Shown here one piece after another: positions 27,650 to 38,100 of a stretch of DNA of 64,000 bases. The notes beneath the pieces were generated by a model. The model had not been told where the DNA came from. It saw nothing but the letters and a program-made list of their open reading frames with translations, and searched no databases. A program made the position numbers and the translations under genes. Origin of the DNA: Auanema rhodensis (lineage: Eukaryota > Animalia > Nematoda). Numbering within the stretch: the stretch's first letter is position 1; every line of letters begins with the position of its first letter. Where the stretch lies: assembly GCA_964057225.1 (NCBI GenBank), contig OZ059894.1, positions 19,530,001 through 19,594,000 on the forward strand, given 5' to 3'.

Positions 27650-30600
27650 TAAGAGAAAAAGATGATAATCATTTTAATAACGAAATTGAAATTTTTAATG
27701 AACCAAATACATTTTTTATATCTTTTTACAAAGCAAAAAGCTCTAATTTAGTAATTTTGTATGACTCTTGCTCAAATAAGTCATTTATCAAAAAACAAAC
27801 CGCAGAAAAGTTGAATTTACCAATATTAAGCAATAAAATGTTGCCAATAGGTACTATTGGTGATAAAGAAGAAATACTTAAATCAAAAGAAGTAATTTGG
27901 GGTATACCTGAGATAAAAGAAAACATAAATCTATTAGCTATTGAGAAAATAACAGATTTTGTGAATATGCCTTCAATAAATGAGACGGAAATGAGAAAAA
28001 TTGAGCAATATAGCAAGAAAAACATGAAATTAATTTTCGAAAAGGGCAATATTGAACCAGATATATTAATAGGAATGGATCAATTTTGGAAATTAGTTCC
28101 TAAAACATTTGAAAGCATTGATTTGAAAAACGGATTAGTAGTAATTCCAACAAAATTGAACCCGATCATATCAAAACATAAAACGTTTGATGAAATATCA
28201 GATAGTGAAAACGATGAAACCGAATGTGGTTCAGATCTGAAATGTTTCCTAATAGGAAATAAATTGAAAGATGAGAATAAAAAACTGAATAAAGATGAAA
28301 TGAGAAAATACGAAGATGATTTAGCTTGGAAACAATTTCACGAAAATGTAAAAATGAAAAATGGAAGAATTAATGTAAAATTTCCCATAAAACCAAATAT
28401 TCAGTCAATTAACGATAATTATGGTAAAAGTATAGGGTGCTTAAAAGGTATTCTTAAAACTTTGGAAAAAGATCACGATATGTTAGAAAAATACGACAAC
28501 ACAATTATGGAACAACTAGAAAGTGGCATTTTAGAATATTGTCCAGAACGTAACCATCCATTTTTCACATATTGTATTCCTCATCATTATGTTTTAAAAC
28601 CGACAAGCACAACAACAAAATTACGAATAGTACTAAATGCTTCAAGCAAAGTTAAAAATGAGAAATCATTAAATGATATATTATTTCAAGGTGAAACAAT
28701 AATCCCTAACTTAACAGGCATGTTGATAAGACTCAGACTCAGTAAAAATTTTTTGATGGGAGATATTGAAAAGGCATTTCATCAAATTGAACTAGACGAA
28801 AGTCATAGAGATTTGACAAGAATTTTATGGATTAAAAACATCAAAAAAGGTGTACAAAAAAGTAATGTGCTAAATCTAAGATTCACAAGAATCCCATTTG
28901 GGGTGAACAGTTCTCCATTTTTATTAGGAGCAAGTATAAAATATTTTTTAAAACAAGAAAAATTAGAAATATGTGAAGAAATACTGAGTAATATTTATGT
29001 GGATAATGTAATGATAAAAGTTGAAAACAAAAATCAAATAATGCAGTTATACGCAGAAGTAAAAAATTTATTCTCAAAAATCGGAATGAACATAAGAGAA
29101 TTTTATACAAATTGTGAATCAGAAAATAGTAAAATCCCAGAAAAAGATAAAATAAAAGAAACAAGTTTTAAAATATTAGGAATGAATTACAATACAGTAA
29201 CAGATAAATTGGAAGTGAAAATTCCAGAATGGAAAGAAAAACAAACAACGAAAAGAAATATTCTGAGTTTCATAAACGCGATTTTTGATCCAATAGGTAT
29301 AACTCATCCTATAACATTGAAATCACGACTTTTCCTCAAAAAACTGTGGGAAAGTCAAATAAAATGGGATGATGAACTGTCAGAAAATTTGATAGAAGAA
29401 TGGAAAGAAATATACAGTAAAATCGAGAATCAAAAAATTGAAATAGATAGATCCATATTAAGAAGTAATGAATATGTGGAATATTTATTGTTCACAGACG
29501 CATCTAGAGACGTAATTGCAACAGGCTATTTAGCATATGTCAAAAACGGAATTATTGAAGAAATTGAACTTCTTTGCGTAAAATCTTCCACAATGATTGA
29601 AGGATCAATTCCAATGAAAGAATTGTCTGCAGTTCTTTTAGGTGTTAAAATGATGAAAGAAAATATAAAAGAAATGAATATAAACATACAAAATATCAAA
29701 ATATTTTCTGATTCCCAAGTAGTTTTATGCTGGATTTTTAAAAGTCCCACAAAAAGAGTCTATGTTAGAAACAGATTGGAAAAAATCAAACATCTAACAG
29801 ACGACTTGGAAAAAGAAAACGGAAAAATAGAATATTTTTACGTGAATACCAAGAAAAATCCAGCTGACGTACCAACAAGAGGTCTAGAACCTCAGGAAGA
29901 AAAATACAAAGAATGGTTGAAAGGTCCAATATGGTACAAAGATGAAATTCAACGACAAAATAATATTAAAACGTTAAAAGAAGTTGTAGGACAAGAAAAC
30001 AGTAATGCAGAATCAAAAATCATTAATTTTCTAATAAAAAACGAGAACTTAACAAAGGAAAGCCAAGATTTGGACTTCCTAGCTCAAAAAGTATCTTCAT
30101 ATCCAAAATTATTAAGAATTGTGAAAAATATTTTGATATTCATATCTAAACTTAGAAAAACCTCAAAAGGATGTTTTAAGAAATTGATAGAAGATTTTGA
30201 AAAATCGGATAGTTCGAAAAGAAACATAATTTGTGAAAAAATTATGATAAAAGCACATCAATTGCAGAATTGTAATGAATTGAAAAAAGAAAAATTTAAA
30301 AAATTAGACATTGTTCAAGATGAAGATGGTATTTTAAGAGTACGAGGCCGATTAGGTAACGCAAATAAGTTGAATAACAGTTATCCAGTATTATTATATG
30401 GGAAAAAATTCTTCACAAATCTCATGATTAAGTATATGCATGAAATTTCACTTCATGCTAACAGAGAAACAATGATGGCGATAATACGTAAACAATTTTT
30501 CATTATAAAACTGAAAAGCTGTATAAATGTAACAATTTCCCAATGTATGAAATGCAAAAAAGCTAACAACAGACCTTATAAGTATCCAGATTTTCCTCAA

Positions 30601-31689
30601 TTACCAGTTGAAAGAGTTTTAAAATTTAAACCATATGAAAACATAGGCATTGACTACGCCGGCCCATTAATTGTGAAAAATGAAACCAACGCTGATAAAA
30701 AAGTTTGGATTATGCTAATTACTTGTCTATGTACACGAGCAGTATACTTAGATGTCGCTAATGATAGCTCTAGCAAGGAATTAATGAATAATCTAAGAAA
30801 ATTTTTTGCTCGAAAGAGAATACCAAGTAAAATTATATCAGATAATGGTTCTCAATTCTGTAAGACCGAGAAAATTTTTCAAAACTTTCTCGAAAATAAG
30901 AAAATACAATGGAAAATGATCACTCCGTATTCCCCGTGGAAAGGAGGTTTTTATGAAAGATTAATTGGTTTAACAAAGAAATATTTGATAAAAAATATCG
31001 AAGGGAAAAAATTGAAATATAACGAATTACTGGTCATATTATCAGAGATTGAAAATATCATCAATTCAAGACCAATTTCATATATAAATAACGATTTTGA
31101 TAGCATTATTACTCCAAAGAGTTTAGAAATATTTCATCCAGAAAATTTAATCTGTCAATTTAACATCGACAACAAGGAAAAAAACGTAATAAATAATAAA
31201 AACGATATAATTGAGTATTTAAACTCATGTACTTCGAACATAAATCAGTTTTGGAGAGCTTGGAGTGAAACATACCTTGAAGAACTAAGGAATCTATCAA
31301 ATAAGAAAAGTTTGAGTAAAAGCTATTCAAAAGCAACTCCTGTAGTTGGTGAAATTGTCCTTTGTAAAGAGAATAACGTAAAAAGACATAAATGGCCTTT
31401 AGCTGTCATTGAAGAATTGATTGTCTCTGAAGATAAAGAAATTCGAAGCGTCAAAATACGAAATTCTGAAGGTAACAGACTTTTGAGATCTATAAATCAA
31501 CTGATACCCTTAGAAATAACCGAAGAAAAACTAGACAAAGTTAAAAATACAGAAACCAAACAGAAAAAAGATATAAATGAATTAGAAAATCTAAAAAACA
31601 GTAATAATGTTAATAATGAGGAAAATATTGGAATTTGGAAAAACAGACTGAGACAAAATACCAATATTGATTACAAACCATATTTCTGA
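27598..31689 (+). CDS. pol: Pol (aspartic protease, RT, RNase H, DDE integrase). The frame is open from 27598, and it is probably expressed as Gag-Pol by a -1 frameshift.
   Basis: The track start at 27757 is a TTG inside the protease motif (VILYDSCS). The frame is open upstream to TGA 27595-27597. Motifs: PR LYDSCS and PDILIGMD; RT DIEKAFHQI and YVDN (28996-29007); RH FTDAS, FSDSQ and NPAD; IN H-x4-H...C-x2-C, IDYAGP, SDNG and FYERL; C-terminal KWPLAVIEEL. Confidence 0.94.
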   Translation, partial: ANWTKFSIGIKNNRERVIREKDDNHFNNEIEIFNEPNTFFISFYKAKSSNLVILYDSCSNKSFIKKQTAEKLNLPILSNKMLPIGTIGDKEEILKSKEVIWGIPEIKENINLLAIEKITDFVNMPSINETEMRKIEQYSKKNMKLIFEKGNIEPDILIGMDQFWKLVPKTFESIDLKNGLVVIPTKLNPIISKHKTFDEISDSENDETECGSDLKCFLIGNKLKDENKKLNKDEMRKYEDDLAWKQFHENVKMKNGRINVKFPIKPNIQSINDNYGKSIGCLKGILKTLEKDHDMLEKYDNTIMEQLESGILEYCPERNHPFFTYCIPHHYVLKPTSTTTKLRIVLNASSKVKNEKSLNDILFQGETIIPNLTGMLIRLRLSKNFLMGDIEKAFHQIELDESHRDLTRILWIKNIKKGVQKSNVLNLRFTRIPFGVNSSPFLLGASIKYFLKQEKLEICEEILSNIYVDNVMIKVENKNQIMQLYAEVKNLFSKIGMNIREFYTNCESENSKIPEKDKIKETSFKILGMNYNTVTDKLEVKIPEWKEKQTTKRNILSFINAIFDPIGITHPITLKSRLFLKKLWESQIKWDDELSENLIEEWKEIYSKIENQKIEIDRSILRSNEYVEYLLFTDASRDVIATGYLAYVKNGIIEEIELLCVKSSTMIEGSIPMKELSAVLLGVKMMKENIKEMNINIQNIKIFSDSQVVLCWIFKSPTKRVYVRNRLEKIKHLTDDLEKENGKIEYFYVNTKKNPADVPTRGLEPQEEKYKEWLKGPIWYKDEIQRQNNIKTLKEVVGQENSNAESKIINFLIKNENLTKESQDLDFLAQKVSSYPKLLRIVKNILIFISKLRKTSKGCFKKLIEDFEKSDSSKRNIICEKIMIKAHQLQNCNELKKEKFKKLDIVQDEDGILRVRGRLGNANKLNNSYPVLLYGKKFFTNLMIKYMHEISLHANRETMMAIIRKQFFIIKLKSCINVTISQCMKCKKANNRPYKYPDFPQLPVERVLKFKPYENIGIDYAGPLIVKNETNADKKVWIMLITCLCTRAVYLDVANDSSSKELMNNLRKFFARKRIPSKIISDNGSQFCKTEKIFQNFLENKKIQWKMITPYSPWKGGFYERLIGLTKKYLIKNIEGKKLKYNELLVILSEIENIINSRPISYINNDFDSIITPKSLEIFHPENLICQFNIDNKEKNVINNKNDIIEYLNSCTSNINQFWRAWSETYLEELRNLSNKKSLSKSYSKATPVVGEIVLCKENNVKRHKWPLAVIEELIVSEDKEIRSVKIRNSEGNRLLRSINQLIPLEITEEKLDKVKNTETKQKKDINELENLKNSNNVNNEENIGIWKNRLRQNTNIDYKPYF
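27610..27616 (+). promoter_or_regulatory. Putative -1 ribosomal frameshift slippery heptamer A AAT TTT
   Basis: X XXY YYZ pattern phased to gag codons (CAA AAT TTT CGA), inside the 52-nt gag/pol overlap. pol is in the -1 frame. Confidence 0.75.
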
Positions 31690-31822
31690 AAATAAAGAAA
31701 ATAAAATTGGTTAAGTTTGTTTTCGGGGGAATGGTCACATAAAGTGACGTTCATACAAAGAAAGAAACCAAAAATTCCCTATTCACCTATAATCTATAAT
31801 ATGTTCTAAAATGCCCTTTTTT

Positions 31823-31830
31823 AGGGGGAA
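31823..31830 (+). promoter_or_regulatory. Polypurine tract (plus-strand primer)
   Basis: AGGGGGAA directly abuts the TG of the 3' LTR. Confidence 0.85.
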
Positions 31831-32113
31831 TGTTTCGTATATATACGAAAGAATAAGTAATAAATCATCAAATTAAGTAAAACATAAGAAAATTGGTTTT
31901 AAATAGAAAATAAGTAGATTCATTTTAAAATATATTTCTGCTGTGAGCGGTCGTATACAGTTTACGTCATATTTACGTGAACTGACGTACGCCAAATGCT
32001 TCACTTTTAAATCAGTTCACATTGTTGACTCATAGCGCGTAGTCGCATTTATTATTAACTGTTTCACCATTATAAATTGAATAAATCATTATTTTTATAT
32101 TCTGTATCTTTTC
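31831..32113 (+). repeat. 3' LTR, apparently missing its last few bases
   Basis: Immediately follows the PPT AGGGGGAA and matches the 5' LTR over 283 bp (offset 6557). It merges into the satellite at TTTC (32110-32113). Confidence 0.92.
32080..32085 (+). terminator. Putative polyadenylation signal AATAAA in the 3' LTR (5' LTR copy at 25523-25528)
   Basis: AATAAA near the LTR 3' end, followed by T-rich sequence. The AT-rich context lowers its specificity. Confidence 0.45.
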
Positions 32114-35100
32114 CATGTACACTCAACATTGCTTCCAAAAACATTTTGACAAAAATTTTTTCGAAAAATTTCAGAATAATTTAGCAAAAAGTAGATGTTT
32201 TTAGATTCCATTTTTCAAGGCAAAGACGATGGACAATGTTATTCAACGAAAAAATTAATTCTTCAGGGTGAAAATCGAGGATATAAGTGTGAACTTATAT
32301 CAGTTGATATCTCGGTGCATTTTTAAGCTAGCGCAAATCTGATAACACAGAACGACGCAGCTTAAAAATCCGCATCGAATGCACTATACTACATTGAGAA
32401 ACGCTTAATACAAAAATTAGTTATGATCGTTTGAAAAATGATGCATTAGTGTATGTTGAGTTTCCATGTACACTCAACATTGCTTCCAAAAACATTTTGA
32501 CAAAAATTTTTTCGAAAAATTTCAGAATAATTTAGCAAAAAGTAGATGTTTTTAGATTCCATTTTTCAAGGCAAAGACGATGGACAATGTTATTCAACGA
32601 AAAAATTAATTCTTCAGGGTGAAAATCGAGGATATAAGTGTGAACTTATATCAGTTGATATCTCGGTGCATTTTCAAGCTAGCGCAAATCTGATAACACA
32701 GATCGACGCAGCTTAAAAATCCGCATCGAATGCACTATACTACATTGAGAAACGCTTAATACAAAAATTAGTTATGATCGTTTGAAAAATGATGCGTTAG
32801 TGTATGTTGAGTTTCCATGTACACTCAACATTGCTTCCAAAAACATTTTGACAAAAATTTTTTCGAAAAATTTCGAAATAATTTAGCAAAAAGTAGATGT
32901 TTTTAGATTCCATTTTTCATGGCAAAGACGATGGACAATGTTATTCAACGAAAAAATTAATTCTTCAGGGTGAAAATCGAGGATATAAGTGTGAACTTAT
33001 ATCAGTTGATATCTCGGTGCATTTTTAAGCTAGCGCAAATCTGATAACACAGATCGACGCAGCTTAAAAATCCGCATCGAATGCACTATACTACATTGAG
33101 AAACGCTTAATACAAAAATAAGTTATGATCGTTTGAAAAATGATGCATTAGTGTATGTTGAGTTTCCATGTACACTCAACATTGCTTCCAAAAACATTTT
33201 GACAAAAATTTTTTCGAAAAATTTCAGAATAATTTAGCAAAAAGTAGATGTTTTTAGATTCCATTTTTCAAGGCAAAGACGATGAACAATGTTATTCAAC
33301 GAAAAAATTAATTCTTCAGGGTGAAAATCGAGGATATAAGTGTGAACTTATATCAGTTGAGATCTCGGTGCATTTTTAAGCTAGCGCAAATCTGATAACA
33401 CAGAACGACGCAGCTTAAAAATCCGCATCGAATGCACTATACTACATTGAGAAACGCTTAATACAAAAATTAGTTATGATCGTTTGAAAAATGATGCATT
33501 AGTGTATGTTGAGTTTCCATGTACACTCAACATTGCTTCCAAAAACATTTTGACAAAAATTTTTTCGAAAAATTTCAGAATAATTTAGCAAAAAGTAGAT
33601 GTTTTTAGATTCCATTTTTCAAGGCAAAGACGATGGACAATGTTATTCAACGAAAAAATTAATTCTTCAGGGTGAAAATCGAGGATATAAGTGTGAACTT
33701 ATATCAGTTGATATCTCGGTGCATTTTTAAGCTAGCGCAAATCTGATAACACAGATCGACGCAGCTTATAAATCCGCATCGAATGCACTATACTACATTG
33801 AGAAACGCTTAATACAAAAATTAGTTATGATCGTTTGAAAAATGATGCATTAGTGTATGTTGAGTTTCCATGTACACTCAACATTGCTTCCAAAAACATT
33901 TTGACAAAAATTTTTTCGAAAAATTTCAAAATAATTTAGCAAAAAGTAGATGTTTTTAGATTCCTTTTTTCAAGGCAAAGACGATGGACAATGTTATTCA
34001 ACGAAAAAATTAATTCTTCAGGGTGAAAATCGAGGATATAAGTGTGAACTTATATCAGTTGAGATCTCGGTGCATTTTTAAGCTAGCGCAAATCTGATAA
34101 CACAGAACGACGCAGCTTAAAAATTCGCATCGAATGCACTATACTACATTGAGAAACGCTTAATACAAAAATTAGTTATGATCGTTTGAAAAATGATGCA
34201 TTAGTGTATGTTGAGTTTCCATGTACACTCAACATTGCTTCCAAAAACATTTTGAAAAAAATTTTTTCGAAAAATTTCGGAATAATTTAGCAAAGAGTAG
34301 ATGTTTTTAGATTCCATTTTTCAAGGCAAAGACGATGGACAATGTTATTCAACGAAAAAATTAATTCTTCAGGGTGAAAATCGAGGATATAAGTGTGAAC
34401 TTATATCAGTTGATATCTCGGTGCATTTTTAAGCTAGCGCAAATCTGATAACACAGATCGACGCAGCTTAAAAATCCGCATCGAATGCACTATACTACAT
34501 TGAGAAACGCTTAATACAAAAATTAGTTATGATCGTTTGAAAAATGATGCATTAGTGTATGTTGAGTTTCCATGTACACTCAACATTGCTTCCAAAAACA
34601 TTTTGACAAAAATTTTTTCGAAAAATTTCGAAATAATTTAGCAAAAAGTAGATGTTTTTAGATTCCATTTTTCAAGGCAAAGACGATGGACAATGTTATT
34701 CAACGAAAAAATTAATTCTTCAGGGTGAAAATCGAGGATATAAGTGTGAACTTATATCAGTTGATATCTCGGTGCATTTTTAAGCTAGCGCAAATCTGAT
34801 AACACAGAACGACGCAGCTTAAAAATCCGCATCGAATGCACTATACTACATTGAGAAACGCTTAATACAAAAATTAGTTATGATCGTTTGAAAAATGATG
34901 CATTAGTGTATGTTGAGTTTCCATGTACACTCAACATTGCTTCCAAAAACATTTTGACAAAAATTTTTTCGAAAAATTTCAGAATAATTTAGCAAAAAGT
35001 AGATGTTTTTAGATTCCATTTTTCAAGGCAAAGACGATGGACAATGTTATTCAACGAAAAAATTAATTCTTCAGGGTGAAAATCGAGGATATAAGTGTGA

Positions 35101-38100
35101 ACTTATATCAGTTGATATCTCGGTGCATTTTCAAGCTAGCGCAAATCTGATAACACAGATCGACGCAGCTTAAAAATTCGCATCGAATGCACTATACTAC
35201 ATTGAGAAACGCTTAATACAAAAATTAGTTATGATCGTTTGAAAAATGATGCGTTAGTGTATGTTGAGTTTCCATGTACACTCAACATTGCTTCCAAAAA
35301 CATTTTGACAAAAATTTTTTCGAAAAATTTCGAAATAATTTAGCAAAAAGTAGATGTTTTTAGATTCCATTTTTCAAGGCAAAGACGATGGACAATGTTA
35401 TTCAACGAAAAAATTAATTCTTCAGGGTGAAAATCGAGGATATAAGTGTGAACTTATATCAGTTGATATCTCGGTGCATTTTTAAGCTAGCGCAAATCTG
35501 ATAACACAGATCGACGCAGCTTAAAAATCCGCATCGAATGCACTATACTACATTGAGAAACGCTTAATACAAAAATTAGTTATGATCGTTTGAAAAATGA
35601 TGCATTAGTGTATGTTGAGTTTCCATGTACACTCAACATTGCTTCCAAAAACATTTTGACAAAAATTTTTTCGAAAAATTTCAAAATAATTTAGCAAAAA
35701 GTAGATGTTTTTAGATTCCTTTTTTCAAGGCAAAGACGATGGACAATGTTATTCAACGAAAAAATTAATTCTTCAGGGTGAAAATCGAGGATATAAGTGT
35801 GAACTTATATCAGTTGATATCTCGGTGCATTTTTAAGCTAGCGCAAATCTGATAACACAGAACGACGCAGCTTGAAAATCCGCATCGAATGCACTATACT
35901 ACATTGAGAAACGCTTAATACAAAAATTAGTTATGATCGTTTGAAAAATGATGCATTAGTGTATGTTGAGTTTCCATGTACACTCAACATTGCTTCCAAA
36001 AACATTTTGACAAAACTTTTTTCGAAAAATTTCAGAATAATTTAGCAAAAAGTAGATGTTTTTAGATTCCATTTTTCAAGGCAAAGACGATGGACAATGT
36101 TATTCAACGAAAAAATTAATTCTTCAGGGTGAAAATCGAGGATATAAGTGTGAACTTATATCAGTTGATATCTCGGTGCATTTTTAAGCTAGCGCAAATC
36201 TGATAACACAGATCGACGCAGCTTAAAAATCCGCATCGAATGCACTATACTACATTGAGAAACGCTTAATACAAAAATTAGTTATGATCGTTTGAAATAT
36301 GATGCATTAGTGTATGTTGAGTTTCCATGTACACTCAACATTGCTTCCAAAAACATTTTGACAAAAATTTTTTCGAAAAATTTCGAAATAATTTAGCAAA
36401 AAGTAGATGTTTTTAGATTCCATTTTTCAAGGCAAAGACGATGGACAATGTTATTCAACGAAAAAATTAATTCTTCAGGGTGAAAATCGAGGATATAAGT
36501 GTGAACTTATATCAGTTGATATCTCGGTGCATTTTTAAGCTAGCGCAAATCTGATAACACAGATCGACGCAGCTTATAAATCCGCATCGAATGCACTATA
36601 CTACATTGAGAAACGCTTAATACAAAAATTAGTTATGATCGTTTGAAAAATGATGCATTAGTGTATGTTGAGTTTCCATGTACACTCAACATTGCTTCCA
36701 AAAACATTTTGACAAAAATTTTTTCGAAAAATTTCAGAATAATTTAGCAAAAAGTAGATGTTTTTAGATTCCATTTTTCAAGGCAAAGACGATGGACAAT
36801 GTTATTCAACGAAAAAATTAATTCTTCAGGGTGAAAATCGAGGATATAAGTGTGAACTTATATCAGTTGATATCTCGGTGCATTTTTAAGCTAGCGCAAA
36901 TCTGATAACACAGATCGACGCAGCTTAAAAATCCGCATCGAATGCACTATACTACATTGAGAAACGCTTAATACAAAAATTAGTTATGATCGTTTGAAAA
37001 ATGATGCATTAGTGTATGTTGAGTTTCCATGTACACTCAACATTGCTTCCAAAAACATTTTGACAAAAATTTTTTCGAAAAATTTCAAAATAATTTAGCA
37101 AAAAGTAGATGTTTTTAGATTCCTTTTTTCAAGGCAAAGACGATGGACAATGTTATTCAACGAAAAAATTAATTCTTCAGGGTGAAAATCGAGGATATAA
37201 GTGTGAACTTATATCAGTTGATATCTCGGTGCATTTTTAAGCTAGCGCAAATCTGATAACACAGAACGACGCAGCTTGAAAATCCGCATCGAATGCACTA
37301 TACTACATTGAGAAACGCTTAATACAAAAATTAGTTATGATCGTTTGAAAAATGATGCATTAGTGTATGTTGAGTTTCCATGTACACTCAACATTGCTTC
37401 CAAAAACATTTTGACAAAACTTTTTTCGAAAAATTTCAGAATAATTTAGCAAAAAGTAGATGTTTTTAGATTCCATTTTTCAAGGCAAAGACGATGGACA
37501 ATGTTATTCAACGAAAAAATTAATTCTTCAGGGTGAAAATCGAGGATATAAGTGTGAACTTATATCAGTTGATATCTCGGTGCATTTTTAAGCTAGCGCA
37601 AATCTGATAACACAGATCGACGCAGCTTAAAAATCCGCATCGAATGCACTATACTACATTGAGAAACGCTTAATACAAAAATTAGTTATGATCGTTTGAA
37701 ATATGATGCATTAGTGTATGTTGAGTTTCCATGTACACTCAACATTGCTTCCAAAAACATTTTGACAAAAATTTTTTCGAAAAATTTCGAAATAATTTAG
37801 CAAAAAGTAGATGTTTTTAGATTCCATTTTTCAAGGCAAAGACGATGGACAATGTTATTCAACGAAAAAATTAATTCTTCAGGGTGAAAATCGAGGATAT
37901 AAGTGTGAACTTATATCAGTTGATATCTCGGTGCATTTTTAAGCTAGCGCAAATCTGATAACACAGAACGACGCAGCTTAAAAATCCGCATCGAATGCAC
38001 TATACTACATTGAGAAACGCTTAATACAAAAATTAGTTATGATCGTTTGAAAAATGATGCATTAGTGTATGTTGAGTTTCCATGTACACTCAACATTGCT

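Larger units (their letters stand above)
25274..32113 (+). mobile_element. Full-length BEL/Pao (Belpaoviridae) LTR retrotransposon, about 6.84 kb
   Basis: Paired direct repeats begin TG. PBS and PPT are present. Gag has three Cys-His boxes. Pol order is PR-RT-RNaseH-IN with BEL/Pao-type motifs (YVDN, NPADxxTRG, IDYAGP, SDNG, GGFYERL). Both ORFs are uninterrupted. Confidence 0.96.

Noticed and set aside
27757-27759. TTG start for pol given in the ORF track
   Set aside because: It lies two codons before the catalytic Asp and would truncate the protease. The frame is open from 27598.
27726-29750. Minus-strand ORFs 27726-28049, 28883-29164 and 29526-29750
   Set aside because: Their F/L/I-rich composition is expected from the complement of A-rich pol codons. 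There is no evidence they are env or accessory genes.
31710-31725. 3' UTR GTTAAGTTTGTTTTCG resembles the 5' junction GTTGAGTTTGTTTCG
   Set aside because: Short, T-rich and gapped. It cannot be distinguished from chance, and no mechanism is evident.
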